This document shows positions 47,735 to 57,785 of a DNA stretch of 64,000 nucleotides, one piece after another. Both the position numbers and the translations under genes were made by a program. Within the stretch, counting starts at the first letter, position 1, and every line of letters starts with the position of its first letter. The DNA lies in NCBI GenBank assembly GCA_028286585.1, contig JAQBRI010000006.1, positions 16,558 through 80,557 on the forward strand. The letters are read 5' to 3'. The notes under the pieces are model-generated. The model did not search any database. It had not been told where the DNA came from and saw only the letters and a program-made list of their open reading frames with translations. This DNA is from Candidatus Kaiserbacteria bacterium. GTDB lineage: Bacteria > Patescibacteriota > Minisyncoccia > Phycocordibacterales > UBA2100.

Positions 47735-48334
47735 TTAATTACTCTTCTGTGGAGATAGGGCCTGTAATAATCGTGCCTCTGTTGCAATGAGCCCCTTATC
47801 GCCCTTGCCGTAACGAACCAGTAGACTGTCGCCAGGCTTGGGTGCCAACAATCCAGCTTTCCGCACCAATTCCATATGAAGGAAAATATCCTCAGTTCCT
47901 TCACCTCGGGTCACAAATCCGAACCCTCGAACTTGATTGAACCATTTGACGACCACGATCTCTAATCCGGATAGAGCTTTAACATCTGTGGCATTGACGC
48001 ACCCCGACGTCGCCGGCGTCAGAGTTGCAGTTGACTCGTCAACAGAAATAATACGATCTACGCGTACACCCTTCGATCTCTGCTCTGGCGTGAATAGTAT
48101 TGTGGCACCTTCTGGGACAGACTCACAACCAAACGCTTGACACGTCGAAACATGAAGGAGTACGTCAGAACCATCGTCGTCAGGGATTATGAATCCAAAT
48201 CCCTTATTTATGTCAAACCACTTGACTCTACCTCGAACCTCTTCAGAAACTTGTCTTTCGGCGACGGTACGCGATATCAGAGCACTCATGACCAGCCTCC
48301 TACACTCAGCTCGAGCAGTATCGAGCATCATCAT
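47735..48334 (-). CDS. tandem cold-shock-domain protein (two CSDs)
   Basis: GRVKWFDINKGFGFIIPDDDGSDVLLHVS and VVVKWFNQVRGFGFVTRGEGTEDIFLHMEL (two RNP1-like KGFGFI motifs). Confidence 0.75.
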   Translation of the reverse strand: MMMLDTARAECRRLVMSALISRTVAERQVSEEVRGRVKWFDINKGFGFIIPDDDGSDVLLHVSTCQAFGCESVPEGATILFTPEQRSKGVRVDRIISVDESTATLTPATSGCVNATDVKALSGLEIVVVKWFNQVRGFGFVTRGEGTEDIFLHMELVRKAGLLAPKPGDSLLVRYGKGDKGLIATEARLLQALSPQKSN

Positions 48335-48420
48335 GGTACGACTCAGAATTTTCTTGTCAAATTGAAGTCTAGTTCAACGCAAGTTGAAGCAAAAATGGCA
48401 AGAATAATATGATTACTCAA

Positions 48421-49722
48421 TTATTCCACTGCTTCGATAGAGGCGCCGAGTTTTTGGAGGCGTTCATGGAGGTTTTCATACCCACGGTTGATTGGATACA
48501 CGTTGCGCAAAGTCGATTCCCCTTCTCCGGCTAGCATTCCAATAAGTAAAATAGTCGCAGGACGAAGCGCCGGAGGCGCGACGACATCAGCGCCGTGCAA
48601 CGGGGTTGGACCTGTCACAAAGACGCGGTGCGGATCGGCAAGCACCATGTCGGCACCTAGTTTGGTCATTTCCATATAGTGAAGGGCGCGACCGTCATAG
48701 ACCCAGTCATGGATAAGCGTGCGGCCTGTTGCCCGCGTTGCGACAGGAACAAAAAACGGCAGGTTGTCTATGTTGATACCTGGGTATGGTCGTGCATGAA
48801 TTTTGTCAGGTGGCGCGATAAGAGTCGCACCCGATTGAATAGTAATGTCAACAAGTCGGGTGTGCTTATTTTCGGCCAAATAGACTTCTCCTCGTGTATG
48901 CTTGAGGCCCATTTGATTGAGTGTATAGAGCTCAAGCTCGAGAAAATCTATTGGGCAGCGGGTAATGGTGAGTTCGGAATCGGTAGTGGCAGCCAAAGAT
49001 ATAAAAAACATTGATTCGATAGGATCTTCTGTGGGAATTGCGATCGCATCCATGTTGATTTCTTTTATACCGTGTACCACAAGTGTGCTCGTGCCTATAC
49101 CCTCTACTCTAACCCCTAGACCCTCTAAAAACACACACAAATCCTGCACCATATAATTGCTGCTTGCGAATTTGATCGTTGTAACTCCAGGAATAAGCGC
49201 TGCTGCCATGAGTACGTTTTCGACTCCAGTGTCTGACGCTTCGTACATGATAACTTCGCCAGGCGCAACATTATGCGTTGTAACCTTATATGCCGTACCG
49301 TCTTCGTTTGGACCTATATGTATGCCCAGTCGTGCAAGTGCCTCGACATGCGCACCAAGCGTTCTTTTACCCAAATCACACCCACCCGGCGCTGGTAATT
49401 CAAAGCTGCCCAAGTGATGGGCAAGAGCCGGAATAAACATAGCAATCGAGCGTGTACGCTCTGCCGATTCTCTATTGATACTCTCGAGAGTAAATGTGCT
49501 TGGAGGTGTGATAACAATGTCTTCACCCTGCCAATCAACTTGTACACCAATTGATTGCAGCACCTCTATTAAGCGTTTTGCTTCTTCGATATGAGGAGCA
49601 CGGCGTATCGTAGTCGTTCCCTTATTTAAAAGCGATGCCGCCAAAAGCGCCACCGTTGCATTCTTTGAGATGTTTGTCTGAACCGTACCTGACAATTTCT
49701 TGCCTCCAATAACGTGATAGTT
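48421..49722 (-). CDS. murA: UDP-N-acetylglucosamine 1-carboxyvinyltransferase (start at MNYHVIGG)
   Basis: Full-length EPSP-synthase-fold MurA; KLSGTVQTNISKNATVALLAASLL, catalytic-loop region conserved. Confidence 0.9.
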   Translation of the reverse strand, partial: NYHVIGGKKLSGTVQTNISKNATVALLAASLLNKGTTTIRRAPHIEEAKRLIEVLQSIGVQVDWQGEDIVITPPSTFTLESINRESAERTRSIAMFIPALAHHLGSFELPAPGGCDLGKRTLGAHVEALARLGIHIGPNEDGTAYKVTTHNVAPGEVIMYEASDTGVENVLMAAALIPGVTTIKFASSNYMVQDLCVFLEGLGVRVEGIGTSTLVVHGIKEINMDAIAIPTEDPIESMFFISLAATTDSELTITRCPIDFLELELYTLNQMGLKHTRGEVYLAENKHTRLVDITIQSGATLIAPPDKIHARPYPGINIDNLPFFVPVATRATGRTLIHDWVYDGRALHYMEMTKLGADMVLADPHRVFVTGPTPLHGADVVAPPALRPATILLIGMLAGEGESTLRNVYPINRGYENLHERLQKLGASIEAVE

Positions 49723-49856
49723 CATAAATGGAAATTGTAGCACAACCCTGGGTTTACACTGAGCGAGTGTACCCACGAGTCAAATGTGTGCGGCAGCTCA
49801 TGAGTACATGACTGCACTTCCTTTTTTATGGGACCGAGTACGGTCAATAAAAAATG

Positions 49857-49929
49857 TGCGCGCACTTGGATTCGAACCAAGGACCTTTCGAGTATCAGTC
49901 GAGCGCTCTACCAACTGAGCTATGCGCGC
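49857..49929 (-). tRNA. tRNA-Ile (anticodon GAU)
   Basis: Hand-folded: acceptor GCGCGCA/UGCGCGC, D-arm GCUCAGUUGGUAGAGC, anticodon loop CUGAUAC, T-arm CUUGG-UUCGAAU-CCAAG; typical position downstream of 16S. Confidence 0.85.
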
Positions 49930-50632
49930 ATTCAGAAACCTACTGCTTGTTGTTCACAAGTAGTGAGATACTAGCAAAAAAATCACAACTTTGCTACTAT
50001 TTCAACCAGCGTGCGGATTAGATCATTTTTCAACCTCGCACGCATGGAGGAATGCATGCAAAAGGGTAACAATAAGGTTGCAACAACATCCACCCAGAAG
50101 AGCAACTGCGTCAAGTCTGGCGCACGCCGTGAGCGGCGCAAAGAAGAGCGTGAGCGCCGCGTGGCCAACCTCAGCCACCCCCGACCCGAGACCTACGTAC
50201 ATTCTGGGAGTCAGCAATAGCAAGTTCTAATCTCGAACGAGATCACGGCGCGATCCGAGTTAGGGTCGCGCTTTTCATATATATTTTCCAACACAAAAAG
50301 CCCTTACCATAAATACTGTGGTAGGGCGATTTTGTATTGTTTACGAAATAGAAATTAAAACAAGTAACGACAAAACTGAACACACCCCGAGGGTATTTCT
50401 TTTTTCTAAAACCGATTACGGTTAAGAAAAAATGGGCACTCTTTTGTTCCGTCCAAACATCCGTCTTTCCGGACCGTCCAGTGCATTGAAAAATGATAGC
50501 ACTATCATTACACACAGTATTACTACCATATGACTACACTTTGATGCCGTGTAGTTCAGCCTTCCGTGGTCAATTGAGCCACAGAAATCGACAGCAGATT
50601 TTAATCTCGAAAGAAAAAATCTTTCCTTTTTT

Positions 50633-52092
50633 TGGAATGAATCCACGAGCAGCTTCCGCTACCCGTGCCTTGTTACGACTTACTCTTTGTCATTGAGCTT
50701 ACCTTGGTACGTCACATGGACGTGCTTCGGGCACTCCCAACTCCCCTGAGTTGACGGGCGGTGAGTACAAGGCTTGAGAACGTATTCACCGTGGTGTGGC
50801 TGACCCACGATTACTAGCGATTCCGGCTTCATGAGGTCGGGTTGCAGACCTCAATCCGAACTGGCGCCGCTTTTCAGGATTTGCTCCATCTTACGATATT
50901 GCGTCCCTTTGTAACGGCGATTGTAGCGCGTGTGCAGCCCAAGATATCAGAGGGACATGCTGACTTGGCGTCATCCTCACCTTCCTCCCCCGTGAGGGGG
51001 CAGTCTCGCCAGACACTTATAACTGGCAACGAGGGTTGCGTTCGTTACCCCACTGAAGGGAACGGTTCAAACCACGAACTGACGACAGCCATGCATCACC
51101 TGTCCTACACCCTCGAAGGCTTCCTCGGTTTCCCGAGGCGTGCAGTAGGATGTCTAATCTTGGTAAGGTTCTTCGCTTAGCTACGAATTAAGCCACACGC
51201 TCCACCGCTTGTGCAAGCCCCCGTCTATTCCTTTGAGTTTTAATCTTGCGATCGTACTACCCAGGCGGCCGACTTAACGCGTTAGCTTCGCCTCAAAGAG
51301 GGTCGATACTCCTTAAAGCCAGTCGGCATCGTTTAGGGCGTGGACTACCGGGGTATCTAATCCCGTTCGCTACCCACGCTTTCGTGCTTGAGAGTCAGGA
51401 ACGCACCAGTACATTGCCTTCGCTTTCGGTGTTCCCCATGATATCAACGGATTTCACCCCTACACCATGAGTTCCATGTACCTCTTACGCCCTCGAGTTA
51501 TACCGTTTCGCCCGCGATTCCGTGGTTGAGCCACGAGATTTAACAGACGACTAATATAACCTCCTACGCACTCTTTACGCCCAGTAAATCCGGGTAACGC
51601 TTGGGGCCTCTGTATTACCGCTCCTGCTGGCACAGAGTTAGGAGCCCCTTATTCATGAAGTAACGTCAAAAATTCCTCCTTCATAAAAGGTGTTTACGCG
51701 CCGAAGCGCTTCATCCACCACGCGGTATCGCTCGATCAGGCTTTCGCCCATTGTCGAATATTCTCGGCTGCAGCCCTCCGTAGAGGTATCGGCCGTGTCT
51801 CAGTCCGATCGGTGGGGGTCAGCCTCTCAGCTCCCCTAAACGTCGTAGCCTTGGTGAGCCATTACCTCACCAACTAGCTGATATTGCGCAGGCCGCTCCA
51901 GAAGCGAAAAATCTTTACCCTTGCGGGACTATCGGGAATTACCTCACCTTTCGATGAGCTATGCCCGACTTCTGGGTACGTTCCTACGTGTTACTACCTC
52001 GTCTGCCGGTTGCCCTTGCGGGCCCCCTTGACTTGCATGCCTTATCCATACCGCCAGCGTTCACCCTGAGCTAGGATCAAACTCTAAGTTAA
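50633..52092 (-). rRNA. rrs: 16S ribosomal RNA (divergent, CPR-like), about 1.46 kb, no large insertions
   Basis: Minus strand reads AGAGUUUGAUCCUAGCUCAG at the 5' end (52066-52085). GUGCCAGCAGGAGCGGUAAUAC, AUUAGAUACCCCGGUAGUCC, CCGCCCGUCAACUCA and AAGUCGUAACAAGG near the 3' end. Confidence 0.9.
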
Positions 52093-52400
52093 AATGCTTG
52101 GCATTTTTTAGTTCACATAATTTGCATTATGTGAGCCAATCGATACTTGCATCGATTGGACGGAACAAAAGAATGTAGAATGCTCACTATGAACATTCCC
52201 ATGTTTTGTTTTGTGGTTTACTTGCTTGTTTCTTAATTTCTTCTACGTTTGTTGCAATATGAAAATTTCAAGGATCCTCTGGCTTCCCGATCATTCAGAT
52301 TTCTCTGACTCGTAAGCACAAAATATACCACTTCGCAGTGGTTGGCCAAGTATACAGCATGAGAATACCAAGTCAAGGTTCTGATACGGGCAAAAAGAGG

Positions 52401-52426
52401 GGCCGTCGGACTGGAGTCCGACGGCC
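52401..52426 (-). terminator. palindromic terminator GGCCGUCGGACUGGAGUCCGACGGCC
   Basis: Perfect 12-bp palindrome just 3' of the 104-aa minus-strand ORF. Confidence 0.55.
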
Positions 52427-52439
52427 AAAATAACAGGTG

Positions 52440-52754
52440 CTATGCGGCACGTTCTCGTACAACCGGAATGCCTAAACCACAGAGCTTTTTGCACAAAATT
52501 CGCGCAATTGCGCCCGGTTTAGAGGTTCGGATGATCACCGGCCTTTCTCCGTCGTCGGCGTCGCAGACGTGAAGAACAAGCGTATTCTCGGGCGACCCGC
52601 GTTCGGGAAAGCGAATCTTGGGCTTTCCAACATACTTTCGAGTCCTGCCGAGGCTGATTTCTGCGACGTTGGTCAACCTCCGTGCGATATTGATTACGTC
52701 GCTCGAAAGACCTTTTCCACAAAGACTTTCGACCTGCGTCCGATTACATCCCAT
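52440..52754 (-). CDS. hypothetical 104-aa protein in a GC-rich segment bracketed by two hairpins
   Basis: ORF only; no recognisable motif; GC about 53% versus about 45% in the surroundings. Confidence 0.3.
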   Translation of the reverse strand: MGCNRTQVESLCGKGLSSDVINIARRLTNVAEISLGRTRKYVGKPKIRFPERGSPENTLVLHVCDADDGERPVIIRTSKPGAIARILCKKLCGLGIPVVRERAA

Positions 52755-52987
52755 GACAAACCTCCCAAGTTGAAGCTGGACAGAACAATATACCTTACGC
52801 TTACAAAGAACAAGCCCTCCGGGTGGAGGGCTTGCTTATAGTCTGGAAAGTTATTTTCTAGACACAAGCAAATCCTCCACCGTGTGTTCGGAGAAGGAGT
52901 CCGACGACGACAATGTTATTACTTTGCTTATGACACATATATTCAAGATATAGGACTACAAAAATCTGTCAAGTAACGCGCCCGCGA

Positions 52988-53557
52988 CTACTGTTTGGTA
53001 TTTCTTTCTGCGACGACAAAACTCGTATAGTTAAATTTGAGATCCTGAATAGACTCCTCAATAATATCGAGTTTGTAGGCCTTTGCCGCCGCACGCGATG
53101 CTATCACGGCCGTCGAGGCACTTAATGTTCCGGCTGCCAAATCAAGAGCTGCTTTTGCAGTATCTGGATATTCTTTTACTTTTACCTTTGGCCACATACG
53201 CTTGAGATACATACGGCACTGCTTGAGTGCTTGGTCATGAGACGTAATTACTTTTATTTTGTCCGCAGTAGTTCCCTTTTTTACCATGAGATTCATATGC
53301 ACATCGATTTCAAAAATCTTTTTTATAGTAAACAAGTGCTTTGACATAGCGTGCACCGCCTCGATAACAATTCCGCCGTTACTGTTTTCGATTGGGAATA
53401 TTCCCAAATCGACAGTGCCTTGCTCAAGCGCCGAAAGAACATTTTCGACACTTATAAGGTAGTCGAGTGTGTATTTTTTGATATCTTGTTGCGCAGTGTA
53501 CTTGCGAGCCGCCTCTTCCGAGAACGATGCTTTTGCGCCTGAGATACCAATTTTCAT
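52988..53557 (-). CDS. pheA: prephenate dehydratase catalytic (PDT) domain protein, no ACT domain
   Basis: MKIGISGAKASFSEEAARKY... and ESIQDLKFNYTSFVVAER match the PDT signatures; 189 aa. Confidence 0.7.
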   Translation of the reverse strand: MKIGISGAKASFSEEAARKYTAQQDIKKYTLDYLISVENVLSALEQGTVDLGIFPIENSNGGIVIEAVHAMSKHLFTIKKIFEIDVHMNLMVKKGTTADKIKVITSHDQALKQCRMYLKRMWPKVKVKEYPDTAKAALDLAAGTLSASTAVIASRAAAKAYKLDIIEESIQDLKFNYTSFVVAERNTKQ

Positions 53558-53581
53558 GGGTCTTATCGTATCGTACTTGCT

Positions 53582-54490
53582 TTAGTTTTTCTTGCCTTGT
53601 CGATGCGCAATCTCAACAAGAAGCGGAGTTGCGAGGAAGATTGATGAGTACGTACCTGCAATAATTCCTACAAGAAGCGTAAGAGCAAAGTCATGCGTTG
53701 ATGCTGGTCCGTAGACATAGAGCACGAGGAGTGTAAAAAGCACTGTAAGCGAAGTGTTGATTGAACGTACAAATGTCTGATTGAGCGCACGTCCTGCAGT
53801 TTCGGTGAATGATTCCTTGCGATTAGCTTCGCTGTTGATTCGGAGGTTTTCACGCACTCGATCAAACACAACGATAGTATCGTGAATCGAAAAGCCAAGA
53901 ACCGTAAGTACTGCTGTTACAAAAAGCGTATCAACTGCTGCCCCGGTGTAGTGCCCAAGGATCGCAAAAAATCCGATTGGAACGATAACATCGTGCACGA
54001 GTGTGACGAGTGCGATGAGTCCATATACCCACGATGAGACTGGCTTTGATACCTGGCGAAACGCGTAGGCAATAAACAAAAGGATACAGAGTAGCACCAA
54101 AACAAGCGCCCATAATGCCTTTGCGCGAAGTTCAGCACCAATAGTTGGGCCGATTTCATCGAGCTGACTCACGGTTACTGGGTATTTGTCTTCGATTGAA
54201 AGTGCTTTTGGCAAATTAGTTCGCTCGATCTCAGTTAATGTGTCAGAACGAATGATGTAATCATGATCGCCTGATGCGCGGATAGAGATATCCTTGAGTC
54301 CGAGAGTATCGAGACTTTGTGTCAGCACGAGTGAATCTGGTCGAGCTCCGTTATAGGTCACTTGCGCAAGTGTTCCCCCGGTAAAGTCGATACCAAATCG
54401 CAATCCAAAAAATGCGAATGATGCAATCGACGCCGCGATGATGAGTCCGGTGAGGATAAAGAAAGGACGACGATGATGAGTAATAAACAT
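53582..54490 (-). CDS. secF: protein translocase subunit SecF
   Basis: GIDFTGGT, 6 TM, RND-like SecDF fold. Confidence 0.9.
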   Translation of the reverse strand: MFITHHRRPFFILTGLIIAASIASFAFFGLRFGIDFTGGTLAQVTYNGARPDSLVLTQSLDTLGLKDISIRASGDHDYIIRSDTLTEIERTNLPKALSIEDKYPVTVSQLDEIGPTIGAELRAKALWALVLVLLCILLFIAYAFRQVSKPVSSWVYGLIALVTLVHDVIVPIGFFAILGHYTGAAVDTLFVTAVLTVLGFSIHDTIVVFDRVRENLRINSEANRKESFTETAGRALNQTFVRSINTSLTVLFTLLVLYVYGPASTHDFALTLLVGIIAGTYSSIFLATPLLVEIAHRQGKKN

Positions 54491-54496
54491 ATAAAG

Positions 54497-55807
54497 TTAG
54501 AAAGTTACTCCGCTACCAAAGAAGAATCGAATAAAAGAATTATTGCCGCGTGCTCCAACTGCGCGCAAGAATGTTCGCGAGACGCCGATTGCAGTCAACA
54601 TTGAGACCAAAACACCAAGACCAAACACAAGTGCAAAGCCCTTGATGAGTGATGTGCCAAACCAGAACAAAATGACTGCGGTAATAATACTCGACGTGTT
54701 ACTGTCTCGAATCGATGGCCATGCGCGTGCAAATCCGTCTGAAATAGCGACCGCTGCGGTCTTACCAGACTTCATTTCCTCTCGCATGCGGGCAAAGATA
54801 AGGACGTTTGCATCAACTGCCATACCGATCGAAAGGATGAATCCTGCAATACCAGCAGCCGTAAGCGTGACTGGAATATACATAAAGAGTGCCAACATAA
54901 AGGCAATATAAATAGCGAGCGCGAGCGATGCCATAAGTCCCGGAATACGGTACCAAATGATCATGAAAAGCATGACAACAAGGACCGAGAGCAAGCCAGC
55001 GTAGAGCCCGGCACGCACTGCCAAGTCCCCTAGAGTACTTGAAACTGTTTGCGTACCAATGATTTCAATTGGGAGTGGGAGTGCACCGTAATTAAGATTG
55101 CGGGCAAGCTCCTTGGCGCCATCCGCCGTAAACGCTCCAGAAATAACAGCAGTACCGCTTGGAATAGCTTCACGAATGACTGGTTGTGAAATTGGCTGGC
55201 CATCTAGAAAGATTCCAAATACCCGTCCAACATTCTTACCGGTCAAGTCGGCAAACTTTTGTGCTCCCTCACTTGTGAATGTGAGTTCAACTTGCGGCTC
55301 GCTCATTGTTGCTGATGACTGACTAAAAACAAGCTGTGCGGTCTTTACGTCCTTGCCTGTGATAGTTGCTGGTTCGAATACATCATTAATAGTTGCTGAG
55401 GTACTGGTCGATGCATCAAGCTTACGAAGTCTAAATTCCAATACTGGAGTTTGACCGATAAGCGCAACTGCTCGCTCGGTATCAGTTACTCCTGGCAATT
55501 CGACAATGAGGCGCTGTTCAGGATTACCAGTAAGAGTTCCTCCTACTTCTGTTTGTACAATTGGCTCCGAAACACCAAACAAGTTAACTCGGCGCTCGAT
55601 AGTATCGCGCAGTGCCGCCATAGAATCGGCAACGTCAGCAGAAGGAATACCCGAGATATCAGCCTTGTATACAAGCTGTGTGCCTCCCGAGAGGTCGAGT
55701 CCAAGACCAAAAGTCTTAGCACCAGTAGTTTGGTTGTGGTACACCAAGTATCCAAGTCCAAGACCCACAACAAGCAAAAGGAGTGCAAAAAAGCGTTGTT
55801 TCCACAT
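54497..55807 (-). CDS. secD: protein translocase subunit SecD
   Basis: LGLDLSGGTQLVYKADISG, periplasmic domain then 6 TM. Confidence 0.9.
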   Translation of the reverse strand: MWKQRFFALLLLVVGLGLGYLVYHNQTTGAKTFGLGLDLSGGTQLVYKADISGIPSADVADSMAALRDTIERRVNLFGVSEPIVQTEVGGTLTGNPEQRLIVELPGVTDTERAVALIGQTPVLEFRLRKLDASTSTSATINDVFEPATITGKDVKTAQLVFSQSSATMSEPQVELTFTSEGAQKFADLTGKNVGRVFGIFLDGQPISQPVIREAIPSGTAVISGAFTADGAKELARNLNYGALPLPIEIIGTQTVSSTLGDLAVRAGLYAGLLSVLVVMLFMIIWYRIPGLMASLALAIYIAFMLALFMYIPVTLTAAGIAGFILSIGMAVDANVLIFARMREEMKSGKTAAVAISDGFARAWPSIRDSNTSSIITAVILFWFGTSLIKGFALVFGLGVLVSMLTAIGVSRTFLRAVGARGNNSFIRFFFGSGVTF

Positions 55808-55848
55808 ATATAGGGCGCATTATACGGCTTTTTTAGATATTTAATAGC

Positions 55849-55876
55849 TTGACAAATAGCTTATTAGTGATATAAT
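55849..55876 (+). promoter_or_regulatory. consensus sigma70 promoter TTGACA-N16-TATAAT
   Basis: Exact consensus hexamers; precedes an SD (GGAG) and a 64-aa ORF. Confidence 0.55.
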
Positions 55877-55926
55877 TGCGTTAGGTAATAATCCTCTCGT
55901 AACGCAACAAACGATGGAGCAGTAAA

Positions 55927-56121
55927 ATGTTGAATGCCAAAAAAGGAATATGCCTCGGAGCATTATGCCTCTCCGCTGCCCTGCTTACACTGGTTTCGAT
56001 GCATGACGCACAGGGAAACCTCAGCCCATTAGTGAGAGTACTCGTGTTTGTGTTGGGCACTACCTCTGGACTCACCATCCTCATCATAAGCACGATCGAC
56101 TACGCGAAAGCGACAAAATAA
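55927..56121 (+). CDS. small two-TM membrane protein (hypothetical)
   Basis: GGAG 7 nt upstream; 64 aa; followed by terminator CACCCGCAGAA...UUCUGCGGGUG + U-run at 56156-56192. Confidence 0.5.
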   Translation: MLNAKKGICLGALCLSAALLTLVSMHDAQGNLSPLVRVLVFVLGTTSGLTILIISTIDYAKATK

Positions 56122-56155
56122 CCCGTTCCACCAGGTGATGACGATCTTTTTTTTC

Positions 56156-56192
56156 TCACCCGCAGAACCATTCGCTTCTGCGGGTGGTTTTG
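56156..56192 (+). terminator. rho-independent terminator
   Basis: 11-bp stem then GUUUUGUUUUU. Confidence 0.65.
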
Positions 56193-56214
56193 TTTTTATA
56201 TTTTTCAATTCTTC

Positions 56215-56874
56215 TTATTCTGACTGTTTCGTAAACAGTTCGAGAATTTTTTTACAAACAACATCGATTTTGTCAGTTACTACCCTCTTTTCTTCATAGC
56301 TAAAATGTGCCCATGTATCTCCGTCGGGAATCAGCAATGATTTGTCGAGTGACATGACTTCATCTACTGCCGGCCCATGAATATTTAATTCTTGTGCAGC
56401 CATTACAAATGATTCAACGTAGGACTTTACGTTGGTTATTACATTCAAACGATACTTACTCTCAGAGGAGAAATTCTCAAAAGTTGTTCCAAATTCTCGT
56501 CGTTTTTGTTGCTCCCATGCATCTCGTGCCTCCTTGTCGCTACCGAAAGAATCTTCGATATACACACCGTTGAGATATTTGACCGCACTTTGTACCAGTC
56601 CGTCTATTATTCTCTTTATTGTTTTTTCAGAACGCTCGTCACCCAGATCTTCAAGTTGTGAGTAATCATGTTCTTGCTCTATTGGTATCTGAGTAGTAGA
56701 TTCGATAATTTTTACAGCATCATTTTTATGGAGCAACGAGACCATATCCTCGCGACCCACATCGTATCTCGGAGGAAGATCGAGGCGTGCCGCAACTTCT
56801 CTCTGTTCTCGCTGGGAGTCTTCAGGCGTACGCGATGGTTGGCCTGGAGGTTTTTCGAACGGATTCATGTACAA
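56215..56874 (-). CDS. acidic hypothetical protein
   Basis: 219 aa, no recognisable motif, Glu/Asp-rich. Confidence 0.45.
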   Translation of the reverse strand: MYMNPFEKPPGQPSRTPEDSQREQREVAARLDLPPRYDVGREDMVSLLHKNDAVKIIESTTQIPIEQEHDYSQLEDLGDERSEKTIKRIIDGLVQSAVKYLNGVYIEDSFGSDKEARDAWEQQKRREFGTTFENFSSESKYRLNVITNVKSYVESFVMAAQELNIHGPAVDEVMSLDKSLLIPDGDTWAHFSYEEKRVVTDKIDVVCKKILELFTKQSE

Positions 56875-56902
56875 AGCGTATCATTCTCCGGCGAAATAAC
56901 AA

Positions 56903-57700
56903 TTAAGTGTTTTGTGCCTCAAACAGTGTGTACAAATTTTTAAATATCATTGCAACTGCAATAGGACCGACTCCTCCAGGAACCGGCGTAAAAAGTGAAC
57001 ATTTCTCGGCACACGAGGGATCGGCATCCCCCATCATTTTTCCTCCATCTTCGGATGTGCCAGCATCAATAAGTACGCATCCCTCTTTGATCATATGCGG
57101 CTTTATAAGACCTGGCTTACCAGCTCCCAAAATAACAAGATCGGCATTGACCAAATCATCGAGTGCGTCACCTTCGGAATAGGTGGTTACATGTATGCCT
57201 CGCTTTTTGAGCATTACAGCACAAGGTTTCCCAACAAGGCGTCCGTTCCCAACAACAGCTGCCTTGGTATATACACCAATCACTGTTGGATTTAAGGTTC
57301 CCAAAATAAAAGATACTGCCTCGGCAACTGGCGGAAGCACGACCGGAGTATGTGCAAGTGTTGTTGGATTAATACCATCAACGTCGTGCGAAGACGGTAT
57401 CGCAGAGAGCACATCCTCGGTATTTATATGGCTCGGGAGTGGCAATTGAACAATCACACCATTACTATTCCTGACACACTCTTGAATCGACGCGATAACA
57501 TCGGCTGTTTCGGCTGCGATCGAAAGCCGCTCTTCGATCATCGTAATTCCAAGCTGTGCTGCGTACTTTTTCTTGATGCGTACAAACGACGCAACCACAG
57601 GGTCTTCTCCGACTACCACAATGCCGAGTACGGGCTTGTTAACTTTCGTCTTAAGGTGATCATAAATCCCCTTTGCCATTTCTTTGCCGTCGATGATCAT
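56903..57700 (-). CDS. folD: bifunctional 5,10-methylene-THF dehydrogenase/cyclohydrolase
   Basis: MIIDGKEMAKGIYDHLKTKV, VGNGRLVGKPCAVML, PVPGGVGPIAVAMIFKN. Confidence 0.9.
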   Translation of the reverse strand: MIIDGKEMAKGIYDHLKTKVNKPVLGIVVVGEDPVVASFVRIKKKYAAQLGITMIEERLSIAAETADVIASIQECVRNSNGVIVQLPLPSHINTEDVLSAIPSSHDVDGINPTTLAHTPVVLPPVAEAVSFILGTLNPTVIGVYTKAAVVGNGRLVGKPCAVMLKKRGIHVTTYSEGDALDDLVNADLVILGAGKPGLIKPHMIKEGCVLIDAGTSEDGGKMMGDADPSCAEKCSLFTPVPGGVGPIAVAMIFKNLYTLFEAQNT

Positions 57701-57732
57701 ATTCTCATTCTAACATTTTGCTTCATATAAAT

Positions 57733-57758
57733 AAAACCCCGCGACTTTTCGCGGGGTT
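57733..57758 (-). terminator. terminator AAAACCCCGCGA-CUUUUC-GCGGGGUU
   Basis: Perfect stem flanked by A/U runs between the Cys-rich ORF and folD. Confidence 0.65.
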
Positions 57759-57785
57759 CAAAATAAGCAGGAAACGTTACACAAA

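Noticed and set aside
49777-49856. Expectation of tRNA-Ala and 23S rRNA after tRNA-Ile
   Set aside because: Sequence after tRNA-Ile runs directly into the murA start; no further tRNA fold or 23S motifs seen
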